Assembly (NCBI GenBank): GCA_951406725.2
Contig: OX597822.1
Span: forward strand, 115,816,001-115,880,000
Direction: 5' to 3'
DNA: 64,000 nt
Source: Octopus vulgaris
Lineage: Eukaryota
How positions within the stretch are numbered: position 1 is the first letter of the stretch; each line of letters begins with the position of its first letter. Both the position numbers and the translations under genes were made by a program. The notes beneath the pieces were generated by a model. That model was not told the DNA's origin. It saw only the letters and a list, made by a program, of their open reading frames with translations, and did no database searches. Below, in pieces: positions 11,997 through 24,224 of the stretch.

Positions 11997-14157
11997 GTTG
12001 GAGCCCAGTGCAGCACTCCAGTATTAGTCAAAGATAGATACAAATACATATATACAATATATGCCTCTACAGACAGAGAGGCAGACAGACAGATGCACAC
12101 ACACACATGTGAAATGATAGTATTCGTGCAGTATTTTGGTGCACACATTTGAGAGTTAAGTGTGTGTGTACGCAACACCTCTGAAAGATTACATCACAAT
12201 TTTACAGAGTTTAACGCTATCTGCGTCTTGTAAGTCCTGACAGACTTATCATAAAGATAACTAAGAGGATCTGTGTAGAAATAATGGAACTGTGAAAGAT
12301 TACCTTTCACAGAACATTCATAGCATCCGGGTTGATTAATTGCAGCGTCTGTCATAAAACTCGCACAGACATGTTTAACATCACACCAAGAATAAAAGAA
12401 CACAAAACATGAGAAAAACAAGATTGTTGTTTTTATATTTTGGCAGGATTTTCAGGAACAGTTTTTGTTTTGTATTTTTAAAATACACACACTAAGAATT
12501 ATAATTATTATTTAATGTTAAAATTCATTAAAGAGAAATATTATAATGCTAATTGGATCCTAGATAGTAAAGTTACTTTGGCTTTTAAATATTTAAAAGA
12601 TTTGAGAAGCTCATTCCAAAGAGATAGACATAGGGATTTTTTCATAAGATTCTAGACTCTCTTTTTTTTTATGCTATGTGTAAGTCAGTTTTAGAATAAT
12701 TCCACCACATTCTTGCATATTGTAAGAATTGGCTGAAAGGATTGGCACCAAGAAAGGCAATGAGCCATAAAGTAGTGCCTCAGAAACCCTATCCAATGCA
12801 AGACAGCATGGATAAGCAGATGCAAAATCATAATGACTGATGATGATGATGATGGTGATTGATGATGATTGATGATGGTGGCAGTGGAGGACTCTATTTC
12901 TAAACCATTTCAATACTTAGATTCCTGGATGATATGAAACAGTAGAAGTAGTCAGTCTGAAGAAAAGAATGCAACATGGCATGATCTGCAAACTCTACCC
13001 ACATAAGAAACACTATCATCAACTATCATAATTCTGATTAGATATTAAATGTTAAAGAGATCTCGAGAGAAATTCCATCCTGAAAATTCACTTCAGTCCA
13101 TCAGTGGAAATTAGTATCATTGGTAGGGTTTCTGCATCTTCTACACATGTACAATTCAAATTTATTTCTCTGACCACATATTCATTATGGATATTTATTA
13201 CCTAACTCTTTTGATTCTAACCCACCTGGAACTGCCCCTAATTCCATGATACAAAATCTCATGTCTTAGAGTGATTTAGGTTCCAAAACCAGCTTAATGG
13301 CAACAGTTGTTTTCTCCCTAATTTTCAAAAGCAATTGAAACAGGGGCCGTGTATTTCAACAGAAACAGGACAACGGGTTAAGTAAGTTATTAAAACATTA
13401 AAAAGATATTCAGTGAATATAAATTCCAAGGGAAAATCCCTGATTACCAGAGTTATAGGATGAGTTAGACATCTAAATGGTTCCTGTGAAATACTAACAG
13501 AGAAGGTTAAGCTATCAACACATATCTCATGAAACACAAATCAGGACGGTAACACCATCAATACAAATCCCATAAAATACTAACAAAGTAAGTTAAACTA
13601 TTGATACACTTTCTTTGAAATACTAACCAGGTAAGTTAAACTATTAACATGGTTTCTGTGAAATACTAACAAAAACTTCATTGACTTCAAACAGGCCACA
13701 TTGCTTTAAACTATATCACAAACAGGTTGTGTGGAATCACCTTTATGCTCTTGTGAAAAGCACTGAAAAAACATCCTGGTATTATTCATTCAAGAAACAA
13801 AGGTTATTGGTCTGAAAGAAGTGAGAGAGAGAGAGACCTAGGCTACCAAAGCTGGAGGTGCAATTTATTTTCAAGGACCTACCAAGCAGAAGATCTTCCA
13901 ATTCATGGAGACTACAAAAAGATCTTTCTTTAACTGTACTTTTTAACCCTCCTGTCTTTCTTCTTCTTCTATTTCTCTTTATACCAGGAGTAATATATAT
14001 CTATCTATCTTTCTTTCTCTACTCCTCAGTCTGCCATGGCTAACCAGCTTTCGTGGAGGCTTAATTTGACTGAATAAAGAAACAGGGAAAATTAAACCCT
14101 CAATATACTTTATGTGAAATACTGACAGAAGATATTAAGGAATCAGCAGAGTTCTTG

Positions 14158-15138
14158 TAAAATACAGAGACTAGGAACTCATCAACTCAATTTCTGTAAA
14201 ATACAGAGACTAGGAACTCATCAACTCAATTTCTGTAAAATACAGGGACTAGGAACTCATCAACTCAATTTCTGTAAAATACAGAGACTAGGAACTCATC
14301 AACTCAATTTCTGTAAAATACAGAGACTAGGAACTCATCAACTCAATTTCTGTAAAATACAGAGACTAGGAACTCATCAACTCAATTTCTGTAAAATACA
14401 GAGACTAGGAACTCATCAACTCAATTTCTGTAAAATACAGAGACTAGGAACTCATCAACTCAATTTCTGTAAAATACAGAGACTAGGAACTCATCAACTC
14501 AATTTCTGTAAAATACAGAGACTAGGAACTCATCAACTCAATTTCTGTAAAATACAGAGACTAGGAACTCATCAACTCAATTTCTGTAAAATACAGAGAC
14601 TAGGAACTCATCAACTCAATTTCTGTAAAATACAGAGACTAGGAACTCATCAACTCAATTTCTGTAAAATACAGAGACTAGGAACTCATCAACTCAATTT
14701 CTGTAAAATACAGAGACTAGGAACTCATCAACTCAATTTCTGTAAAATACAGAGACTAGGAACTCATCAACTCAATTTCTGTAAAATACAGAGACTAGGA
14801 ACTCATCAACTCAATTTCTGTAAAATACAGAGACTAGGAACTCATCAACTCAATTTCTGTAAAATACAGAGACTAGGAACTCATCAACTCAATTTCTGTA
14901 AAATACAGAGACTAGGAACTCATCAACTCAATTTCTGTAAAATACAGAGACTAGGAACTCATCAACTCAATTTCTGTAAAATACAGAGACTAGGAACTCA
15001 TCAACTCAATTTCTGTAAAATACAGAGACTAGGAACTCATCAACTCAATTTCTGTAAAATACAGAGACTAGGAACTCATCAACTCAATTTCTGTAAAATA
15101 CAGAGACTAGGAACTCATCAACTCAATTTCTGTAAAAT
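14158..15138. repeat. 39-bp minisatellite, ~25 near-identical copies (gtaaaatacagagactaggaactcatcaactcaatttct)
   Basis: Exact 39-nt periodicity; I saw only one variant (gggact near 14246). Confidence 0.97.
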
Positions 15139-15169
15139 AATAACAGAGAATGTTAGAATTTTACAAGTA

Positions 15170-15850
15170 GAAGACATTCCTATTTGTCCAAGACATTCTT
15201 TCTTTGGTGTAAAAAGAGATTCAACCACGTAGGTTTGGGCATGAATCCATGATAATAGTTTGTTAAGCCCAAATACTTTCCAATTTCTTCTTTTGACTTA
15301 GGAATGCTAATCCATTGAATCTTGTTTGTTAAACTATGTGATGTAATCCTTTAAAAGATTTCATTTCTTGGAAATCTATACAAGTTGCATGATTAATGCA
15401 TTTATTTGTGTTAATCAATAAAGAGACTCTTTTCAATCTAGCAATAACAGCATTTTCTTGGTTCTTCAAATTATTTTGAGTTGTTGCAAAAACTGAGTAC
15501 GTTGTCTTGATGGATATTTATGCTGCTAACTTCTTTTAATATAGATTCCATCTGCTGTCAGGAACTTGAGCAGCTATTTTGGGGACTCAACTAAAGACTA
15601 TTGACCATTGCTTGCATTTATTGCACACATTCTATTAGCCTCTTCATCCAAACCAATCTAATGCTTCAAGTCAATTGGAGAAAAATGTACCTTACTCTTG
15701 CTACTTATCAATGAACACTGTTCCAAAATGGATCCGAGCAAGAAAAAGTTTGAACTTTGTCATTTAAATGTACTTTAAATGCACTGAAGCAGCTTGTTAT
15801 GAGCTTTTCACCACAATACAGCTGAAGTACTGGGTAAGGTTTTATATTCA
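15170..15850 (-). mobile_element. Degenerate Ty3/Gypsy LTR-retrotransposon pol (RT) remnant
   Basis: Minus-strand fragments FSPIDLK...LDEE...AIN, IHQDNVL (decayed YxDD), IARLKRVSLLINTNKC and IPKSKEEIGKYLGLTNYYHGFMP occur in the correct order, with stops and frameshifts. Confidence 0.75.
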
Positions 15851-18667
15851 AAACCATGAAAAGCTTTTATAGTTAACTCTAGTTCTGATCATCAATAATT
15901 GTGTTAACAATGAAGCAGGAATGGTGGAGTGCAGTGTGTCAGTATCCAACAGCGATTCATTTGGTGGTTCATTCAAATTACAAATAATTCGATGCAAACT
16001 GTCATTTTTAACTTTCTCATCATTAAGTTGTTTTTGTAGGACACCCCCCCCCCCCCTAATATTAAAGTTAAACACAGACCTATAGAATTTGCTGGAATGG
16101 TCCAATTTAAGACATTTCATCCAGTGTGCAGAACAGAACCGAGAGGGAAGCGATGGCCAACAACTACAACAACTTTTGACTGGCATTGGCTTAGTTACTT
16201 GTTGCTTTATACTTGTAGACTTTATACTTGATGAATGTCCTTGCTAATAGGATGAAATACTTCTATATAAGAACTTGGCTGTACAACAGATCCAAGAGCA
16301 TATGCTTACATTGGTTGTACCAGTCAAACAAACACAACTAGATCTGAGCTAGCAGTTTGGAGCATATTCCTTAGACATCTGATAATCTTTACCTTAGTCT
16401 GAGCAAGTTTAATAAAGTCTATCTTTGATTTCAGAAGATTTATATAAAGAGCCCTGTGCAGTAAACCTTAGCAGGGGTTCCTTAGCTGATTCTCAATGCT
16501 TTTGTTTTAGATTTAAACATTTCATCAGTCTGGGATAGGTCATCTTTTAAGTTTAAGCATTTATTTCAACTAAACAATTTCCAATTGTTGTAGAACATCT
16601 TTTGATGATAAGATTCATGTCACATAATGTCATCCATAAACAGTTTTGTGTTAAACTGATTTAGACAGGTTGCTAATTCTTCAGCACCATTAGAATTTAA
16701 GTATTCATTAAAAATCCATCTTAAATATTGTAAGCTGTAAATTCTCATTGACAATTGTAGTGCGAAAGATAATTACACAAGTCTACAACTGTAAATACAA
16801 GAGAAGAAGCAATCCATATTTCAAACAAATAAATCTGCTCAGACTTCTATTGCAAGTTCAATTCCAGTTAAAACAAATTCTGTATTTGTAAGAATAGCAA
16901 AATGCCAAAAATTTACTGTGGCCAAGACTTTCAGATGCTACTGCTTTACCAAAATAGTTTTGTGTTCAGTAGAAAATTCCACGATTATATTTATCAGAAA
17001 AACCCATCATACTTCACGTCACCAGTACCATTGGTTTCATCCCATAATGGTAAGGCTTGGAGATGTATATGCAACAGTATATCCCACTAATCCACTTTAT
17101 TCTATATTATCTGATCTAAAGCCTAACCTGCTAAGTTCATGTGCCCCGACATTAACAGAATAAAGGTAATGATAGTGCAACAAGCTGAACTGGAAAAGAC
17201 TGTATTTACATGGTTCATTTATATATATAGGCTGGCACTGGAAAATATATCGAGCCATAAAACTACAGCCAAAATCAATATGCAAAATGAAACTATATCC
17301 CCCAAACTACTACCACCTGCATAATCAGTATTGGCACACACTCTGGTATGATATACATGGTATGGATGGTAATAGATAGAAGCTATGTCTACCACAACTG
17401 CCATCTACTACACTTACATATACACACTAACACTTTACGTTGAAGAGACATAAATACACTTTGAGTTTAATTCTAAAAAGAATTTATATATTTATATTCT
17501 TTTGTCATTCAATTATCTTTTTTTTTTATTGCTGCTGTTGCAATGATAAACTTTATTAAAATATACAAATAAATTCTAAATTTTCTCTGAATAATTTTTC
17601 TCAACTACGTCTCTTGGAGAGTACAGGAAAAGCATTATGATAACAGCCATCCATGTTCACTGCCTTAGCCATTCCACCCCAAAGCTCCTTTCCTTAATTG
17701 TAATGCCTTCATCTCAATTTGATGGAGAAGAGCAGCAGTCTGGGAGCCAAGGACACCAGAAGAGTTTCAAGCATGATCCAATGTCCCATACTTAGCCACT
17801 GTCCACTTCTCTGCATTGGGGACAACAGCTCAAGGATTTACAGCTGATGCGGCAAGGTTGTCACTGGAAATTGTATCACAGCAGATGGTAACGGAGATGA
17901 GTAGCTCGCAGCTCTTAATGGGTAACAGGTTATCCAATTTGGATACTTGCTGTCACCATGGTTGTAGCTGACAGATGTAAGATGTGACCAAAAATCAGCA
18001 GTTTTGAGACTCCTTGAAATAACACCATTGAGCGTTACAAGGGAAGGAAGGTAACTGTTAAAATAATCACTCATCACAAAATGTTTGAAACACTGAAATA
18101 TAAAGATGAACAAAAAAAAAAAAGAAACGGCCATTTATTAAGTGGGTGGGGCAGGGCGGGGGGACTATTGTACCAAAGTACCTAACCTACTGAGAATAAA
18201 GCGTAAATATTTCTCACTTCATTCTTGAAACAATATATTTTACTGTGATGGATTTTTTTAATGTAAAAGTCTAAATAAATTGCAAAAGGGTTTGATAAAT
18301 GAATGCATTCAGATTTGTTACCCTCCTGGATCTTTAACCAGTAAGCATAGATATAGAATCATTTGAAATATTGTGCTTGTTGAAATACAAGTGCAACAAA
18401 CAATAAAGTATCAATGTACAAAATGATTTTGAAGCAGAAATGATATATAAGTTAGTAGGTTGAGTAAATCATGATTCAAAGACAACTTTAGGAACAAAAT
18501 AGAGGAATCCTTTCTTTTAAGGTAAAAAAAAAAAAAAATTCATTCGGCTTGACTCAATGTCCTGATGGATAAAACAACACAATATTACTGTTCTATTGGT
18601 AACATTCAGTTTATATTCCACAACAAAATATTTAACTTCTCCTAGACAAAATTCTTCAGAATTAAGA

Positions 18668-18866
18668 AACAAGGGAGCTGAAAAGTTCCTGGCTTTGGGT
18701 AAGAGAAAATACAAAAGGTCAGCTAATTATTCCCCTCTCAGATTCACACACTTATTGCGGCAGTCCTTCAGTTTTCCTAAGCCCTGTAAAAGAACTCGGA
18801 AGGTTGGGCCTCCAACCAGGCCTTTCATGATACCCTTAAAGCCAGGAACTTTTCAAACGCCACTCA
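18668..18866. mobile_element. mariner-like MITE
   Basis: Inverted terminal repeats gaaaagttcctggcttt / aaagccaggaacttttc around a ~150-bp core. Confidence 0.6.
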
Positions 18867-20957
18867 TAATTTCTTTAATATTCAAAGACTAAAAGAAAAT
18901 GACTGGTTGTGTCTTTGCATTGCTGAGCCTTGTAGAGGTGAGCTGTCCAACAAACAGAAAGACCTGGTTTTGATTCACAGTTGTAGCCATCTCACTTCAT
19001 ATGTACTACAAGAGCTTTGAGAAAAGCAGCAATGTCATACAATTCAATGAGGCCTAGAACCAATGTAAGAAATTATTCTTAGCCTTCCAATTAACCATCT
19101 GAGAACAAAAGTGATAAATGAACAACTTTATGTGTGCACTGCTTGTGATCAGAGCTGTTACAACACACTTATACTATTAGAAATGAATTTGGTATTTTAG
19201 CTGAAATTTTAGTGAATTAGAAGACTGAGCAGTTATTTCAGTAAATTATTTAAGAACCATTAAAACCAGGAATGGTCTCTGGGGAAAAGGCCGTAGAAAG
19301 ATATGCTTGAACGCAAAAATACTTTGACAATATTTAAATAATCATTTTTAACAATATATTTCAATGGTGTCACTTAGTTTTCTACTGTTTGAATTGAAAT
19401 GTTTAAAGAAGAAAAAAAAAAATCATATTGTTTTGAAAATAAAAATTTAAATAAACAAATAATAACTCCCGCTGACACACTTATCTCTCTCTACTAAATA
19501 GGAGAAAGAAAGAAAAAAAAGAAATTTTAAATGTAAAAGTAAAAATAAAATGAAAACAGACCTGTTGGCTGGTAAGTTTAGAAATCACCACCTAAAATGC
19601 TAAATTATATCGTCCAGCAAAGCAACTCCCCTGAACATAACAACTATATAAGGTAATGAAGCCAGATCAACAATACAGACTGTCAGCCAACCCTAAGAAG
19701 CAGGATTAAGGCCAGCTGTAATAACAGAGTCTAATATATACTTATTATAGAGGAAGAAATACTAAGCACAACATATATAATCCGTCTACACCTGAAAGGA
19801 TTCGGCCAGGCAGTTTAGTCAGTGCAATTCTAGTGCACAGTTGGCATTAGATGTAATTAATCCATGCATCAGTGCTGACTGTAATGATTTCTCTCAAGTG
19901 ATAGGGGTCAGTCAAAGGGGAAGGGGTGGAGGGAAAGGAAGAAAATGAAGAAAGTAAAAAAAACAAAATGCTATGCACTAGGCTGACACTAGAGTTACAC
20001 GAGATAAGGAAATTAGTCAGACTAGAGTTATGTCAAAGAAACGGACATTCAGTAAAGTTCTAACCAAAAATTACAGGCAACTTGCCACTTGAACAACTGA
20101 AAGGTTTACAAATTCAAACTTTTGTTCCTTCCTGGTTCATATTTGTTTGTTGAGTTCTGCTGAACAAATCAGCATTCAAGCATTGCCAAAAGACTTCCTA
20201 TGTTGTTGTAAGGAACCATTTGGAAAGACAGTTGAAGAAGAGAAATCAGTAAAAAACGTGCTAAACTAACAAGTAGCAATGACTATCATTGATATTTCAT
20301 TTGAGGCCAGAGCCAGGTCAGACATTGTTTGACTAACCACATCTGTCACCTCACTCACTGTACAACAAATTGAATAGCATAAGCTGTATGACTGGATGGA
20401 ACTGTCTATCTTGATCGATAATCAATAGAGACATGAAGTAGAGAGAAAGGGACTGAGATACAAAGTGATATTTCATCAATTCCCTTAAAACAGCCACGAA
20501 AGACTGTCATTAACATAAAACTCAACTGATGAGTTTTTCTCGCTTGGTGCTTGAAACATTTCACTAATTTTAAGGCAAATGGAACAGAATCTGTAAATGA
20601 AAAGCAACCATGAAATTCCACTGACTTTCATTGTTAATCAGAAGACACCAATTGATAACTAAATCAAGTATGACACAACTAAAGGACTAATCCAGCAGGT
20701 ACAATTTTTTTACAGGAATTAAAGGAAAAACTTATGTAAATAATCTCAGAATCAGGAGTGAAAGTAACAAGTTAAAAACTGTGTAACTGGAGTCATTGAT
20801 AGGCTGCAGAAATCAAGGCGCATGCACTGTGGACTCTTCACAAATTGGTATTAATGTTCCAAAACTGGCTATCAAGCTGTGGGAACAAAGAAAAAGGGAA
20901 AAAATAGGTTAAAGGTCATTGTGGAAAGAAGGTTACAATGGTATGCACTGCATTTAC

Positions 20958-21123
20958 CTGTTAAGTATTTTGCTAACACAGCCATGTGACACTTGTAGTT
21001 GTCGGCTGATTTCACATGGACGGACACCTTGAAGAGCAAGCTGCAGAATCTGAACTCTCAAATGGTCAGGTAGAGGGCGCCCATTAGTGAATTCACGACC
21101 ATACTGATTGATGTTTCGACCAC
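20958..21123 (-). CDS. Pax-beta: Pax-beta paired domain exon 1 (PAI subdomain): [54 protein letters not shown](R)
   Basis: Hand translation shows the paired-box motifs [24 protein letters not shown]. Acceptor ttaacag|GT, donor AG|gtaaat, 166 nt (phase 1 in, phase 2 out). [10 protein letters not shown] in place of NQLGGVFVNG matches my recollection of lophotrochozoan Pax-beta. Not in the ORF track. Confidence 0.95.
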
Positions 21124-21547
21124 CTGTTAATTAGCAATAGAAAGAAGAAAAGATGCACATTTTAAATCAGCTGCTTCATTCAGGGATTATGAAAAAAAAG
21201 AAAAAAATGTTTAACATCATCATTACTTTGAAGGTAGTTAGTTAATTACTTAAAAATGGTCAACTCACAAACAAACAACAGCAAATTATGTTATTAAATG
21301 ACCAATCATGGAAGATGGCTAAGGTGATTAGATACTTCAATAGGTTTCAGATGTGTCTATCTGAAATCTTTAGATCAGTTGTTAACTATGAGAAATAGGA
21401 ATTGTTGATGGTTAAGTAAAGAGCACCAAGTAAGTCAGTAACAGAATAATATTAGAAGAGAGAAAGAGACTGGATAGAATTGAAGAGGTAAAGGTAGAGA
21501 CTAAAAGATGACAGTGACCAATAGGAAAATAAAGTAGCAGGGCAAGT

Positions 21548-21775
21548 TTAACCCTTGAGTATTCAGATTACTCTATCAAATGTAATGCTTGTTTAATCAC
21601 ACTGTTTTTAATTAATCATGCATAATGTTGTAGCTTTGAGAAAGATTTGATGATGTGACTGCTTATTTTTAAAATGACATTGTTGGATAGAAATGAAAGA
21701 CTGGGTCTGGCTGGTGTGAACACAAAACAGGTAGAATATCTGGGCCAAGATACGACTGGTTTAATTGTTAAAGTA
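21548..21775. mobile_element. Degenerate TTAA-type MITE (second copy ~61575-61800)
   Basis: Starts ttaaccct. The internal sequence (...catgcat..tgtagctt...aaatgacat...aaaacagg.agaatat.tggg...) is shared with the 61.6-kb copy. Confidence 0.55.
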
Positions 21776-22961
21776 GCTGTAAGCCTAAAACTCCTGCTCT
21801 TGGTGTCGGTTGAGATTATCAGATATTCAAAAAAAAGTTCTATGGTCATTGCCAAGTGTTTAACTTGCTATATTCATAGTCAGGTGAGTTAGACAAGGTA
21901 ACCAACACAGGCAAATACATAGACATGTATGAGTGCATATATTTGCATGGTCTTGGAATTTAGGTTTGGAATTTTTGCCAAAGAATAAGAGATAGTTATG
22001 TCTTTTTTATATTTATATATATAAGCAGAATGACAAGCAGATAAACAAACAAAATTTTTTAAATTGTCTTAATGCTGCTTGTCTCTGTCTGTCTGTCTGT
22101 CTCTCTGTGACTGAGCAAGTGAACAGACAGGTAACTTTCACAATAACAAAGAGAATTAGCAAAAGAGAATTAGCAAAGAGGAGTGGCTATGAAAAGAGAA
22201 ATGTGTTGCCAAAAATATATAAGGAAAACTATAAAAATAAAAGAAAGGTCAGAGAAAGTTGGAATAGAAAAGGAAAGTGAAGAGCAAATAGTTTTAAAAT
22301 GAAGCAGAAAGAGATAAAAACTGCTGCCAATAACAGAAATCATAAAATGGTAAATAACAGTTTTACATCAAAATTGAAATAGTTAAGATGATTGACATAT
22401 ATGAATTTAAAAAGGAGCTGGAATAATTAGTAGGTTGAAGAATAATTGAAGCAATGAGCGGTCAAAGGAATAGGCTTAAGTGAGGTAAGGCTAAAAAAAA
22501 CAAAAAACAAAAAAAAAACAGTTATATTCTGACATATAACATTCCGAATAATAATAATAATAATAATAATACTCAATATTTCTTTAAAATATATTGCTCT
22601 TTATTTTTTTATTTTTTGTTCTCTTTTTTATGAGCATATTATTATAAAGTGAAAATTTTGGCAAATTTCCACCCTGCTGATGTCAAAGAGATTCTACCAG
22701 GGTAGAAAGATGAGCAATGTCATCAGGCTGTGGTAGATTTCAGAGTTTTCAACATGGGAAGTTTAAGAAATATATTCTCTCTATTGTTATAATTCAGTGC
22801 TTTGCAATGTGGTCAGGCTTCAACATATAATCCAAGTAGCAGAATGTGTAACAGCAAAGTGTGACCGAGCTGTGGAGGTTCATTATTAAAGTATTTCATC
22901 TATATATATATATATATATATATATACATACATGCACATTAAAAGATCTCATTAAATGCTA

Positions 22962-22993
<32 letters not shown>

Positions 22994-23754
22994 ATTTTTT
23001 ATTGAAAAAGAAACTTAAAAATAAAAATATATCAGATGTTAGAGAATTAAGGTATGAATCAAATTAGCAACTGATTTAGGTGTTAGCAAGCAAAATGTAA
23101 GGTGGTGGTGGTGGTGAGAAATGAATCCCCCCCGTATACACTTCACTGATGTAGTAACCTCTCTGGAGACTAATAAACTTGTGGATGCTCAAGCAATATG
23201 TTTGACAGTAGTGAATGTAACAGAGAAAAGATACCATTTGCTATACACACAAGAAGACCAATTATCACTGAAGGTTCGTTCTGTTACACTCAATTGGGCC
23301 TGTCATTAAAGTTAGGTGCTTAGACTACACCAAGAATCTGACCATGTACACACAAACCCTATTCTGAGGATATAAATTATATAATGGCAAGGATAAAATG
23401 TCTTAGGAAAAAGAAAAAAAAAAATTAAAATAATTGTTATAATTATTAATAAATAAATAAATAAATAAATAAATAAATAGGAAAGTAAAAACAAAATATG
23501 AAACAGGTAAGAAGAGTTAGACTGAGAGAGGTTTCTGCTGAATGCTGGACTTAATGGAGATTCATAATAGAAAGCAACATAACAGAATAAGTAGATTCAG
23601 ATATCTGGGTATTATTTTCCAGATGACATATTCATCATCATCATCATCATCGTCATCATTAGTACAATGCTGTACCAAGTCACAGAAATGGATCTGCCAG
23701 CACTCAACCACACAGATGACAACTTCTGTTTCATACATTCTCTTAACTCGATAT

Positions 23755-23945
23755 CTTTCATCATGTTTCAGTCACTGGATGGCAGCCATGCTGGAGCACT
23801 GCTTTGCAAGATTTCAGGGGAACAAATCAGCCCCAGTAGTTATTATTTTAAAACCTGGTACTTATTCTATTGGTCTTTTCCACCAAACCACTAAGTTATA
23901 GGGATGTAAGCACACCAACACCTGCTGTCAAGTGACGCTGGGGAA

Positions 23946-23978
<33 letters not shown>

Positions 23979-24110
23979 CAGGCTTCTTTCATTCAATGTC
24001 CGCCTACTCACAAGACTTTGGTCAGTTTGGGGCAATGGAAGAAGACACCAGTGCAACTTGCCAAGCAATGGTACCGTGATCCAGGATCACCATGAGATTG
24101 GAAAACAAAC
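23755..24110 (-). mobile_element. Degenerate composite SINE (same family as 60955-61355)
   Basis: gtttcagtca...ggccatgctggagcac...cctggtacttattctat...cacaccaaca shared with the 61-kb copy. Confidence 0.6.
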
Positions 24111-24187
24111 TTCTTGTTGATTTCGAAGCTTCGGGCTGCGAACCTTAATCAGACAATTCAAACACAACATAAAAGTAAGCGTTATTA

Positions 24188-24224
<37 letters not shown>

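Noticed and set aside
11690-12178. Host C2H2 zinc-finger gene exon
   Set aside because: Frameshifted, bounded by microsatellites and lacking TGEKP linkers; more like a LINE C-terminus.
14158-15138. CRISPR-like or coding repeat array
   Set aside because: Units are directly adjacent with no unique spacers, and the context is eukaryotic. The single open frame (IQRLGTHQLNFCK)n on + has no start codon, and all minus frames have stops.
19816-19882. miRNA-like hairpin
   Set aside because: Pairing relies on G-U pairs on the plus strand only, is branched, and has no continuous ~30-bp stem.
803-21123. Assignment to Pax6, Pax2/5/8 or Pax3/7
   Set aside because: The N-terminal [10 protein letters not shown], the [11 protein letters not shown] helix and the long N-terminal extension do not match those classes. 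A homeodomain cannot be assessed because the 3' exons lie outside the window.
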